A stretch of DNA of 29,100 bases from Treponemataceae bacterium. Its GTDB lineage: Bacteria > Spirochaetota > Spirochaetia > Treponematales > Rectinemataceae. The notes beneath the pieces are model-generated. The model was given only the letters and a program-made list of their open reading frames with translations, did not search any database and was not told where the DNA came from. The number at the start of each line of letters is the position of its first letter. Positions within the stretch are counted from its first letter, which is position 1. This document shows, piece by piece, positions 8,135 to 17,301 of this stretch. Where the stretch lies: the NCBI GenBank assembly GCA_963677895.2, contig CAXXGJ010000029.1:1-29100 (forward strand), in the 5' to 3' direction. A program made the position numbers and the translations under genes.

Positions 8135-9178
8135 ATGCAGAAGCGCATACGTGATTACGGAATTGAAATCGGCGAGATGAAGACGGGCAGGCTCAACAAG
8201 ATAAGCGACGTCAAGGACGTTCTCGTGGGGCATTGCACGATCGATACCGACGTAAATAAAACCGGCGTGACCTTCGTATCGCCATCGACCGCGAATCCTT
8301 TCTCGCGCAAACTTCCCGCCGCGGCCTTCATCCTGAACGGATTCGGCAAAAGCCAAGGCCTGCTTCAGATCGAGGAGTTGGGTTGCATCGAGACTCCGAT
8401 CTTCCTCACCAACACCCTCAACGTGGGACTCGTCCACGACGCGGCCGTCGGCTACATGATCGAACGCTGTGAAAAGGATGCCGTGGAACTGCGCTCCGTG
8501 AATCCGATCGTGATGGAGTGCAACGATTCCAACCTCAATGACATAAAGCGCAGAGTGGTGCGCGCCGAACATGTGGAGAAGGCGGTCGCCGACGCCAGGG
8601 AGGATTTCCCGGAAGGCGACGTAGGCGCCGGCAAGGGCATGATCTGCCACGGCCTAAAGGGCGGGATCGGCTCGGCCTCGAGGATATTCACCCTCGGTGG
8701 CAGGGAATTCACGCTGGGCGTCATGGCGCTCACTAACCACGGACGCCTGGGAGACCTGACGATAGCCGGCCAGCCCATCGGCCGGGAAATCATGAAAAAG
8801 CGGGAAGCCGTCAACAACGAAGACAAAGGCTCCGTCATCCTCGTATTCGCCACCGACGCGCCGCTGTCGAGCCGCCAGCTCAAACGCGTGATCAAGCGCG
8901 GATCGGTCGGTCTGGCGCGCCTGGGTTCCTTCATCGGCCACGGCTCGGGCGAAGTGTTCCTGGGATTTTCGACGGCCCAGAGCGTTTCCGGCGACAGCGA
9001 CATCATCGAGATTTCGATGGTCAGGGAAGAACGCCTCGAGCTTCTCTTCAGGGCCGCGGCGGAAAGCGCCGAGGAAGCGGTGCTGAATTCCATGGTCTGC
9101 GCTTCCTCGGTGACAGGCTTCAAGGGTTTCCGCTGCGAGTCCCTGGCCGGCTACATGGATCTGCTGCGCCGGCCTTAG
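8135..9178 (+). CDS. P1/S58-family peptidase (DmpA-like L-aminopeptidase/D-esterase)
   Basis: N-terminal RIRDYG...G..NKISDV..V.VGH, NGFGKS, ETPIFLTNT, ECND, GDVGAGKGM, KGGIGSASR, autoprocessing site DKG/SVI, HGSGE. Confidence 0.92.
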   Translation: MQKRIRDYGIEIGEMKTGRLNKISDVKDVLVGHCTIDTDVNKTGVTFVSPSTANPFSRKLPAAAFILNGFGKSQGLLQIEELGCIETPIFLTNTLNVGLVHDAAVGYMIERCEKDAVELRSVNPIVMECNDSNLNDIKRRVVRAEHVEKAVADAREDFPEGDVGAGKGMICHGLKGGIGSASRIFTLGGREFTLGVMALTNHGRLGDLTIAGQPIGREIMKKREAVNNEDKGSVILVFATDAPLSSRQLKRVIKRGSVGLARLGSFIGHGSGEVFLGFSTAQSVSGDSDIIEISMVREERLELLFRAAAESAEEAVLNSMVCASSVTGFKGFRCESLAGYMDLLRRP

Positions 9179-9222
9179 ATGCCCCTCGTCGGCGGCCTCG
9201 TCCGCGCCCTGCCGGCCCTCGA

Positions 9223-10572
9223 TTACGCTTGGGTCTTCAGTTCCCTGAAAAAGCGCAGAATGAAGGGGATGCAGAACAGGAAGGTACAGAGATCGGCCAG
9301 CGGCTGGGTGATCTGGACGCCCAGCAGACCGAAAAATCCCGGCAGGACGAGGATCAGCGGCAGAAAGAAGATGCCCTGCCTGGCCGCCGATAAAATCGTC
9401 GCCGTCCAGGATTTCCCGATGGACTGGAAGGTCATGTTGCACATCACGCCGAGGGGCATAAGCGGCATCGCGAGACACTGCGCGCGTAGAGCCACGGTTC
9501 CGACGCGAATCACCTCAGCGTCGCTGGCTATGAAAAGTCTGATCAGCGCCGGGGCGGCTAGGTATCCCGCGATCGCGCAGGTGGTCATCACCGCGACATT
9601 GGTTTTCAGCGTGAAAAAAAAGGCTTCCCTCACTCGCGCCATCTTTTTCGCGCCGTAATTGTACCCTACCACCGGCTGATATCCCTGTCCGATGCCTAGA
9701 ATAATAGAGAAGATAAACATGAAAACTTTCGTGACGATGGACATCGCCGCCACGGCGGCGTCGCCGTAGAAGGCCGCGCTTACGTTCAACGCGACGGTGG
9801 AAACGCTCGCGAGCCCCTGCCGGCAGAAAGATGGAAGCCCGTTTTTTATGATCCGCAGATAGGTATCGGGTCTTTTCGCCATGCTCCCCGCGCCAATCTT
9901 CACGATAGTCCTGCCGTTCAGAAAGACAGCCAGGAGAATGATGAAGCTTATGAGCTGACTGAGGGCGGTGGCGACGGCCGCTCCCGCGATGCCCATCCTG
10001 AACGTGAAGATGAAAAGCGGATCCAGGCCGCAGTTGAGGATGCCGCCCGTCGCGATGCCGATCATGGCGAATTTGGCCTTGCCTTCCGAGCGCAGGATGT
10101 TGTTGAGCACGAAAGAAGCCATCATGATGGGCGCGGCGAGCAGTATATAGCTCGCGTAAGCCTTGGCGTAGGGCAGGATGGTATCGGTCGCGCCTAGGAT
10201 GTGCATGAGAGGATCGATGAAAATTACGCCGAAAATGGCAAGCAGTATTCCCAAAAAGATGGACATGAAGAACCCGCTCGAGGCGACCTTGTTCGCCTCC
10301 TCGGTCTTATGCATCCCGAGCAGCCGGGAAATCCAGCTGCCCGAACCCATGCCGATGGTGAATCCCGCGGCCTGGATGATCGCCATGAGGGAAAACACGA
10401 TTCCTACCGCCGCAGACGCGCTCGTCCCGATCCTGGAAACGAAAAAAGTATCGGCCATATTGTAGATCGAGGTTACCAGCATGCTTATGATCGTCGGGAC
10501 AGCCAGCGACGAAATCAGCCTTCCTATAGGCAGCTGTGTCATTTTTGCGTATTGCGCGTCGTTATGTTCCAT
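9223..10572 (-). CDS. MATE-family efflux transporter
   Basis: PTIISMLVTSIYNMADTFFV, ISRLLG, LRSEG, LDPLFIF, QPVVGYNYGAK; about 12 hydrophobic segments. Confidence 0.95.
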   Translation of the reverse strand: MEHNDAQYAKMTQLPIGRLISSLAVPTIISMLVTSIYNMADTFFVSRIGTSASAAVGIVFSLMAIIQAAGFTIGMGSGSWISRLLGMHKTEEANKVASSGFFMSIFLGILLAIFGVIFIDPLMHILGATDTILPYAKAYASYILLAAPIMMASFVLNNILRSEGKAKFAMIGIATGGILNCGLDPLFIFTFRMGIAGAAVATALSQLISFIILLAVFLNGRTIVKIGAGSMAKRPDTYLRIIKNGLPSFCRQGLASVSTVALNVSAAFYGDAAVAAMSIVTKVFMFIFSIILGIGQGYQPVVGYNYGAKKMARVREAFFFTLKTNVAVMTTCAIAGYLAAPALIRLFIASDAEVIRVGTVALRAQCLAMPLMPLGVMCNMTFQSIGKSWTATILSAARQGIFFLPLILVLPGFFGLLGVQITQPLADLCTFLFCIPFILRFFRELKTQA

Positions 10573-10585
10573 GGTTCCTCGTCTG

Positions 10586-11908
10586 CTATGATTTGAGTTT
10601 TCGCCAGCTTCCTATCCCGGAAATGCCGAAAAGCGGAAGTAGATACAGATAAAAGGCATAGGGCAGATACCCGACGCTGTCCACGCCGATGGTCGACGTA
10701 ACCGCGAAAGCCGCGACGTTCCATGGAATCATGGCTGCCAGAACGATGCCCGTATTTTCGAGATCGAGCGCGAACTGATACTGGTCGATTTTCCTGGACT
10801 CGTAGCTTTTCCTCATTATCTGATGGGTAAGGACGGTCGCGATCGTCTGGCTGCAGCCGAAGGAAGCCGTTCCCAGGCTGACCGCCAGGGTATGGACGAA
10901 GAGGCTTCTACGGCTCTTAGCCTTCATCATCAGCGTCTCTATATCTTTCAGCATGCCGGTTCCCTCATAAATGCCCGAAAGCGCGCAGGAAATCATGACG
11001 ACGATCGAAGCCTTCACCATGGAAAGGAGTCCGCCGCCTTTCAGCATGCTCCGCAGAGGACTCTCGGGTTCCATGGCGAAGCCCGTGACGATAAAACGCG
11101 CCAGCTCCAGAAAGCCGTAGTGGTTCAGCGCCATGGCGATGCCGAAAGCGGAGACGAGACCGATCGAGATCGTATATTCGATCCTGGTTCTCAGCAGGGA
11201 GAAAAGGAGGACCAGAAGGACCGGTACCAGCACCAGAATATTGATGTCGAAAGCCTTCACGATCTCGCCCGTAGTCTTCATGTCGAGGGAGGTCAGAGGG
11301 TTCAGGAGCGAGAGTATGAGGTAGCAGGCAAGCGCGGCGACAAAGGGCAGAGCGCCGCTTTTCAGCATATTCTTAATATTCGCGTGCTGCCTGGTCCCGG
11401 TCAGGGTGGCTACCAGATAGGCGCTCGAAGACATGGGCGAGCAGCGGTCGCCGAAATAGACGCCCGACATGACGGCGCCCGCGAGCATACTCATGTTTAT
11501 GTTTCCGCTCCTGGCGATGAGGGCCAGGGCCACGCCTATCGTGCTCGCCGTGCCCAGCGAGGTTCCAAGGAGAAACGATACTAAGCTGCTTATGAGGAAG
11601 GCGTACAGGAGAAAGTATTTCGGGTTCAGGTAGGTGATTCCATAATAGATGATTCCGGGTACCGTACCCGAAGCCATCCAGACGCTGGTGAGCCCGCCTA
11701 TCAGCACGAGTACTCTTATTACCTGCAAAGCCTTGCCGCCGCCAATCCAAGCCATCCCGGCGATCGCCTTCACCGAGAACTTTCTTTTCCAGGCTATGAA
11801 CGCGAAGGCGAAAAAGCCGGCGAGCAAGGCAAAGCCGACAAATACTCCATTCAGGACGGAAAATACCAGCAGCAGAAACGTCAGCAGTACACCGAGCAGG
11901 ACATCCAT
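10586..11908 (-). CDS. NhaC-family Na+/H+ antiporter or amino-acid transporter
   Basis: WMASGTVPGIIYYG, LGTSLGTASTIG, SGVYFGDRCSPMS, GGGLLSM, LENTG...MIPWN motifs typical of the NhaC family. Confidence 0.88.
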   Translation of the reverse strand: MDVLLGVLLTFLLLVFSVLNGVFVGFALLAGFFAFAFIAWKRKFSVKAIAGMAWIGGGKALQVIRVLVLIGGLTSVWMASGTVPGIIYYGITYLNPKYFLLYAFLISSLVSFLLGTSLGTASTIGVALALIARSGNINMSMLAGAVMSGVYFGDRCSPMSSSAYLVATLTGTRQHANIKNMLKSGALPFVAALACYLILSLLNPLTSLDMKTTGEIVKAFDINILVLVPVLLVLLFSLLRTRIEYTISIGLVSAFGIAMALNHYGFLELARFIVTGFAMEPESPLRSMLKGGGLLSMVKASIVVMISCALSGIYEGTGMLKDIETLMMKAKSRRSLFVHTLAVSLGTASFGCSQTIATVLTHQIMRKSYESRKIDQYQFALDLENTGIVLAAMIPWNVAAFAVTSTIGVDSVGYLPYAFYLYLLPLFGISGIGSWRKLKS

Positions 11909-11989
11909 TGTAAATAGCCTCTTCGATCGCGCGCGACTATTTTCGCGGGATGTCCCCCACTATAGGATATTTTTCGCTTGAAGGTATAG

Positions 11990-13021
11990 TCAGAATCCCA
12001 CGCCGATGTACCATTTGGTCCAGGCCGTGAAGCTCTCGCCGAACCAAGTGTCGGAGAAGGCCCAGCCTTTCGCGAGGGCGGATGGCAGATTCGGCGCAGC
12101 GGCGAGCAGAATGTCGGAGCGGAAACCTCCGGTGAGGCGAAGCGCGCCCAGCTTCAGGGAAAGGCTCGCGTCGAGCGTAGGCCAGGGCGCCAGGACATCT
12201 TCCGGTCCGCGGCCGCCACGATAGGCCAAAGCATCGAAAAATCCGTCTATGTCCGGTCCCGTCGCCTGGGAAGCCGATACCGCGAGATCGAGATGGAGGC
12301 TGCGCGAATCGCCGATTCTCGTTCCCAGACCCGCCGACAGCACGGTGTTGTCGGGAATATTGAACCAATCGTCCCGAGGCATGGCGATCGAGTAAATTCC
12401 GAATACCGAGGTATTTCCCGTTTTCAAGGTTCCGTAGACGTACTCGGTTTGGGATTCCCAGGATCCCGATAGTTCGAAAACGCCGTTGGAGGATATGTTC
12501 ACGAGCCCCAGCTGGATGCCATCCACGCGATCGGCCACATTGACGATTCCCACCTGGAATCCGCGCACGTCGTCCGCTATGTTGAACACCGGCGAGATCT
12601 GCGCGCCATCGACGTCGCCGGCGATGTTGAACACGCCGGCGGTCTGGATCCCCTCCACGCCGTCCGCTATGTTGAATACGCCGGCTAACTGCACGGGGGT
12701 ATAGGCATCTCCCGCTATGTTGAACACGCCGGCCGCCTGGATGCCTTCCATGGTGTCGTCGGCGATGTTGAAGACGCCCGCGGCCTGCAATCCGCGAATA
12801 TCATCGGCGATGTTGAAGACACCGGCCGCCTGGAGAAGGTCCACTCTGCCCGATATGTTTCCGATCGAACCCAGCACGATGCCGGCCCGGTCGGCGCTGA
12901 AGGGCAGGGCTACGCCCGGGACGACGGAAATTTGTACCGGAACGTAATCGAAGGCAAAAAGGGTGGTTGCGGGGAAAAAGAAGATGGTCGCCGCGGCGAT
13001 AATGAAAAGAAAATGTTTCAT
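11990..13021 (-). CDS. Secreted/outer-membrane protein with Q-x-x-G-V-F-N-I-A repeats (LA_2272-like surface repeat family)
   Basis: Signal peptide from ATG 13021 (GGGGGA RBS), about eight 14-16 aa repeats, and a C-terminal alternating beta-strand region ending YIGVGF. Confidence 0.75.
   Translation of the reverse strand: MKHFLFIIAAATIFFFPATTLFAFDYVPVQISVVPGVALPFSADRAGIVLGSIGNISGRVDLLQAAGVFNIADDIRGLQAAGVFNIADDTMEGIQAAGVFNIAGDAYTPVQLAGVFNIADGVEGIQTAGVFNIAGDVDGAQISPVFNIADDVRGFQVGIVNVADRVDGIQLGLVNISSNGVFELSGSWESQTEYVYGTLKTGNTSVFGIYSIAMPRDDWFNIPDNTVLSAGLGTRIGDSRSLHLDLAVSASQATGPDIDGFFDALAYRGGRGPEDVLAPWPTLDASLSLKLGALRLTGGFRSDILLAAAPNLPSALAKGWAFSDTWFGESFTAWTKWYIGVGF
12505..12860 (-). repeat. Intragenic coding tandem repeat, 45-48 bp period
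   Basis: ATGTTGAA core on the + strand at 12579, 12624, 12669, 12717, 12765 and 12810 (spacings 45, 45, 48, 48, 45). Confidence 0.9.
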
Positions 13022-13130
13022 GCTATCCCCCGTTCGGGCGGATTCAGACGTAGCTGTCCTGAGCGGACACGCTTTAGGCAAAAGATAGCACAAACCTCGA
13101 GAAACACCCAACATATCGATGAAAAATTAT

Positions 13131-14435
13131 CTACATTGCCGCAGCCGTCTCGTAGACCGCGGCTGTCTCGTTCGCCTCTGCCTTCCTGTCCAACATTTCG
13201 CCGATTCTTCTCTTTTCCTGGAACTTGTACATTTCCTCCACCGCGAACTGCAGCTTGGTGACCGCGTTTTTAGCGGTGAGGGGGTAGAGATAGAAAGTAT
13301 CCTCGATGGTGGACAAGTCCAGGCAGTCGCCCTTTCCGAAATAATCGAATTCGATATGGAGGCTGTAGAGCGACGAGGGCTTCTTTTCCAGACGGAATTG
13401 CCTGTCGCCTTCCAGCTTTTCCAGGACGAAGCCTTCGGAGGAATGTGTAAGGGTAGCCTCGCCGAGACGGATATAGCCTTTTGCGTTGGGCAGGGAATCG
13501 ACCATGACCCTGTCCCTGAAAAAGTATGTCCCCTCCTCGATTTGCCTGCGGACCATCTTCCGCTCGAATTCGAACCAATCGGGAATATGGGAGTATTCAG
13601 TCACGCCCTCGACGGCGGACAATTCCCCGAGTTCGCTCATCGTCCAGCGCTTGTGGCAATGCTCGCACCATAGCTCGTTCTTGTCGGAGTTCATCCTGGA
13701 TTCGGTCAGGCAGTGGGGGCATTGATAGAGAATATGGTGGAGTCCCTTGGCCCGGTTCGGGAAATCGATGGCGACGGCATTGTCCTTCTGCCAGCGGTAT
13801 TCGTCGTACCGGAAGGCGGCGTTCACTTTCCGGTTTATCTCGTCGACGCTTGCCGCCTCGATTTGTTCCGCCGTATAGAGCCGCTCCATCGTCGCTTCCA
13901 GCCCGCACTTTCTTTTCTCGAGATTCCACACCGGCTGGGACAGATAATTTCCATGCTGCGTCAGCACGACGACCGGCACCTTGAACAGCTTGATGAGTTT
14001 GCCGAGGGAATCGGGCAGGACAGAGGTTGTTCCGCAATAGGAATACCGCGCCTCGGGGTACAGCGCCACGATAGTCTTGTGTTCCTGCAGCGAATGCTTC
14101 ATCTGCCTGACGAGAAGAATATCGTTGGTGAATTTTCGCTTGCAGATGCATCCGACCTGCCTGAGCAACCATTCGCCTTTGAGAAAGCCATCGATCGCCA
14201 CCACGTAGTTGGCGCGATGGGGGAAGATGGCCCGCGTCGTCACCTTGAAATCGACGAAGGCCATATGGTTGGATAAAAGCAGATATGGAGGTTTCACTCC
14301 CTCCATATTGATTTTCGTGATCTTCAGCTTCCGCTGAAGAATTTCGGGAAAACTCAAAAGCCAGGCTACCGGCGTCAGGAACCATCGCTGCTTGACGGGC
14401 TTTTTCGCCATGTCGAACTTTTTTACCGCTTCCAT
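13131..14435 (-). CDS. Lysophospholipid/glycerol-phosphate acyltransferase family protein with C-terminal Cys4 module
   Basis: NHMAFVD (HX4D) and LYPEAR blocks; CPHC...CEHC. Likely start is ATG 14435 (CAGGAGA RBS, TGATG overlap with the corA stop), not 14819. Confidence 0.85.
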   Translation of the reverse strand: MEAVKKFDMAKKPVKQRWFLTPVAWLLSFPEILQRKLKITKINMEGVKPPYLLLSNHMAFVDFKVTTRAIFPHRANYVVAIDGFLKGEWLLRQVGCICKRKFTNDILLVRQMKHSLQEHKTIVALYPEARYSYCGTTSVLPDSLGKLIKLFKVPVVVLTQHGNYLSQPVWNLEKRKCGLEATMERLYTAEQIEAASVDEINRKVNAAFRYDEYRWQKDNAVAIDFPNRAKGLHHILYQCPHCLTESRMNSDKNELWCEHCHKRWTMSELGELSAVEGVTEYSHIPDWFEFERKMVRRQIEEGTYFFRDRVMVDSLPNAKGYIRLGEATLTHSSEGFVLEKLEGDRQFRLEKKPSSLYSLHIEFDYFGKGDCLDLSTIEDTFYLYPLTAKNAVTKLQFAVEEMYKFQEKRRIGEMLDRKAEANETAAVYETAAAM

Positions 14436-15451
14436 CAGGATCTCCTGTTGTCCAGCCATTTTAAAAACGCGTAGTTGGCGATGCCCATCAAGGCCATGAC
14501 GCCGAGGAGGATCGGATACACGATTTTCCAGTTTTCCGCTCCGGCTATCATCGTCAGTTCGGACATGCCGCCGATCCCGGCGATCAGGCTGAGCGGCATG
14601 AATATCGTCGTGATCAACGTTAGGCGATTCACTGAGTGGTTGGTGCGGTTCGACGACTCGGCCATCGCGTTGCTCGTCAACGAAAGCTGGATCTGTACGA
14701 GATTCGTCACCGTCTCGCGGTTGGATTCCACGATTTCCACGAACTTCGCCAGATGATCGTAAAGGTCGCTGAAATAGGCCAGATCCCCTTCCTTGATGAG
14801 GGGGCTGTCGTGCCTGCATATCCTCACCAATATTTCGCGCTCATGAAAGAGGCTCTTGCGCATGACCATCAGGTTCTGCCTTATACCATGCAGCTCCGCG
14901 TTGTCGACGGGGCCGCTTTGGGTGAGAATCAAATCCTCGAACCCCGATATCCGGTCTCCCACCTTCTCGACGGCCCCGAATTTATTGTCGATCATTCTAT
15001 CGAGAAGCGCGTACAGGACGCGCGCCGGTCCCCGAACCGGTTTCGCGGCATCGACGGCGAGTTCGTCGAGAATATCCTCGCAACGGTAGAGATCCGCGCA
15101 TCCATCCCTGATGACCGAGACGAGAAAATCCTTCCCGAGGAAAAAATTGACTTCCCTGATGCCCAAAGTCTCGTTTCCGGCGAGGAAATCGTTGAACAGG
15201 ATTCCCGTGTAATCGGTGAATATATCGATTTTCGGGAGGTAATCCTCATCGAAACAATCCTCTATGGAGAGAGGATGAATGCCGAGCTCGGCGACCAGTG
15301 GATCGAGATCGGCCTTGTCCGGCGAGACATAGGCGAGCCAGACGAACCCGCCTTCCTTTTTCAGGCTCAAGGCATTCTCGCGGGTATGCGCGTCGATCAC
15401 CGCGCCATTCGGCGAATAGTAATAGAAGTTATTTTTCGTCATGATGAACAC
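14435..15451 (-). CDS. corA: CorA-family divalent cation transporter (GMS signature variant)
   Basis: LGIHPLSIEDC, PKID, FFLGKDFLVS, YFSDLYDHL, RLTLITTIFMPLSLIAGIGGMSE and a final TM helix. Start uncertain (15451 GTG or 15442 ATG). Confidence 0.9.
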   Translation of the reverse strand: MFIMTKNNFYYYSPNGAVIDAHTRENALSLKKEGGFVWLAYVSPDKADLDPLVAELGIHPLSIEDCFDEDYLPKIDIFTDYTGILFNDFLAGNETLGIREVNFFLGKDFLVSVIRDGCADLYRCEDILDELAVDAAKPVRGPARVLYALLDRMIDNKFGAVEKVGDRISGFEDLILTQSGPVDNAELHGIRQNLMVMRKSLFHEREILVRICRHDSPLIKEGDLAYFSDLYDHLAKFVEIVESNRETVTNLVQIQLSLTSNAMAESSNRTNHSVNRLTLITTIFMPLSLIAGIGGMSELTMIAGAENWKIVYPILLGVMALMGIANYAFLKWLDNRRS

Positions 15452-15563
15452 AATAGCATACCTAATAGCATAAGTTTATCCCGGGAACCGCTCCATCTTG
15501 ACCGCGGCTCCCGGGCCGTGTACGGTTCATCTGTCGATGTTACCGTATCAAGGAGGATTTCAA

Positions 15564-16253
15564 ATGAAAAGAATTCTGACGTTGGCGATCGTTTTGGCAT
15601 TGTTCGCCCTGGTTCCGGTGATGGCCGCCTCTGAAGCCGAACTCAAGGCGAAGTATGAAGACGCCGCGAAAAACGCTTCCGGAGCGCCGAAGGATTACGA
15701 ACTCAACTGGAAGGCGGCCGAAGCCGCGCGCAGGTATGGAGACTTTCTCGTAAAGGAAGAAATCTCGGGCTGGAAGGATTCCGCCCGAATCGCCGCTAAA
15801 GAAGGCATCAAGTTCGGAGAGATTGCCTGCTCGCTCAATCCGACTGGCATAGAAGGCTGGTATTATTACGGACTCTGCGTCGGCACCTACTCGGACTGCG
15901 TTAGCATCATCAAAGCCCTCGCCGAAGGCCTCAAGGGCAAGACGCAGAAAGGCTTCGAGAACGCCTATAAATACGACAAGATGTACGACAAGGGCGGCCC
16001 GATGCTTTCGCTTGGGCGCTTCTGGCAGGTGCTGCCCGGGATAGCGGGCCAGGACAGGAAGAAGGCGGAACAGCTTTTCAACGAATATATCTCGCTTTTC
16101 GGCGACAAGCCCGACCCGAACAGCGACGCGTGGTACTTCCGAGGACAACTCTACAAGGACATGGGTAAAGCGGCTGAGGCTAAGACCGATCTGCAGAAAT
16201 CCTCCGCCATGGGCAACAAGAACGCGACAAGACTCCTCGCGGAGATGAAATAA
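15564..16253 (+). CDS. Secreted helical-repeat (TPR-like) protein
   Basis: AGGAGG RBS at 15551-15556 and signal peptide MKRILTLAIVLALFALVPVMA; TPR-like segments GWYYYGLCVG and AWYFRGQLYKDMGKAAEAKTDLQKS. Confidence 0.75.
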   Translation: MKRILTLAIVLALFALVPVMAASEAELKAKYEDAAKNASGAPKDYELNWKAAEAARRYGDFLVKEEISGWKDSARIAAKEGIKFGEIACSLNPTGIEGWYYYGLCVGTYSDCVSIIKALAEGLKGKTQKGFENAYKYDKMYDKGGPMLSLGRFWQVLPGIAGQDRKKAEQLFNEYISLFGDKPDPNSDAWYFRGQLYKDMGKAAEAKTDLQKSSAMGNKNATRLLAEMK

Positions 16254-16283
16254 TCTGACGATGCTGGCCGAAGGAGACCGAAT

Positions 16284-16622
16284 ATGACACAAGCGGAAAT
16301 CGTTTCCAGGCAGCTGGAACTCTACAACGCGCACGACCTGGAAGGTTTTTGCTCATGTTATGCCGATGACGTGGAACTGAGGAATATGGGCGAGGCAGGC
16401 GTATTGGCGAGTTCGAAGGACGAGCTGAGGAAAATATACGGCAAGAAGTTTTCAAACCCCGCGCTCAAGGCCAGGATCGCGAACAGGATCGTCAAGGGCG
16501 ATTACGTTATCGATCATGAACTGGTCGATGGTGTGGGCGCGGGAGACAAGCCGCTGGAAGTCGTCGCCATCTACAAGGTAGATGGCGACCTCATCCGGAG
16601 CGTTCTTTTCATCAGGAACTAG
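16284..16622 (+). CDS. SnoaL/NTF2-like domain protein (ketosteroid isomerase-like)
   Basis: RQLELYNAHDLEGFCSCYADDV, NRIVKGDYVIDHE, VAIYKV; AAGGAG RBS. Confidence 0.88.
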   Translation: MTQAEIVSRQLELYNAHDLEGFCSCYADDVELRNMGEAGVLASSKDELRKIYGKKFSNPALKARIANRIVKGDYVIDHELVDGVGAGDKPLEVVAIYKVDGDLIRSVLFIRN

Positions 16623-16626
16623 CGGC

Positions 16627-17289
16627 TCAATCGAACTTTTTCAGCTCGTTTATCATGGCCATGACATCAGTATTATAGAGTCGCTCAACGTTAATCTTGG
16701 GGAATCCGCCCGCGCGGAAATGCTTGCGCAGTTCCACTTCCTTGGCCACGGATTCCTCCGCCCTGACGAGCAGGTCCAGGTAATTGTCGGGAGGAATGAC
16801 CACGACGCCGTCGGCGTCGCCGAAGACGAGGTCGCCGGGATGGACGACCGCGCCCGAGCAGCTGACCGTGACGTCATGCTCGCCCGAGATGCCGATGACG
16901 TTGGTCGTCACCACCGATAAGCCGGTGCAGAAAACTGGATATCCGGATTTTTCGATGGCCAGGGAATCGGTCGCCGGACCATCGATGACGATGCCGGCGA
17001 AGCCCTGGCACTCGCAGAACAGCGCCACCATTTCGCCCACGCAGGCATAGGTCGTATCGCCGCAGCGGTCGATCACGATGACCGATCCCTTGGGCGCGTG
17101 TTCCATGGCGTAATAGAGCGCGCAGGAATCCTTTCCCTGCAGCCTCACCGTATAGGCGGGCCCGACCATTTTCGAATTCTTGTTGATCGGCTTCATCTCG
17201 GGGCGCATGTAGCCGCCGCCGATATAATGACCGATGGTCGCCGGATCCACTTTCATGAACCGGTCGATGATGTCTTGCGGAATTGCCAT
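16627..17289 (-). CDS. RraA/HMG-aldolase family protein
   Basis: MVGPAYTV, GSVIVID, ACVGEM, GIVIDG..TD, YPVFC, VHPGDLVFGDADGVVVIP. Confidence 0.9.
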   Translation of the reverse strand: MAIPQDIIDRFMKVDPATIGHYIGGGYMRPEMKPINKNSKMVGPAYTVRLQGKDSCALYYAMEHAPKGSVIVIDRCGDTTYACVGEMVALFCECQGFAGIVIDGPATDSLAIEKSGYPVFCTGLSVVTTNVIGISGEHDVTVSCSGAVVHPGDLVFGDADGVVVIPPDNYLDLLVRAEESVAKEVELRKHFRAGGFPKINVERLYNTDVMAMINELKKFD

Positions 17290-17301
17290 TATTAACCTCG
17301 C

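Noticed and set aside
12505..12860. Regularly spaced repeats resembling a CRISPR array
   Set aside because: Periods are multiples of 3 (45/48), units vary at codon third positions, they lie in frame within a signal-peptide ORF, and no cas genes are present.
14436..14819. 128-aa N-terminal extension of the acyltransferase in the ORF track (562 aa)
   Set aside because: It is an alternative frame of the corA 3' end; a good RBS and TGATG coupling support ATG 14435.
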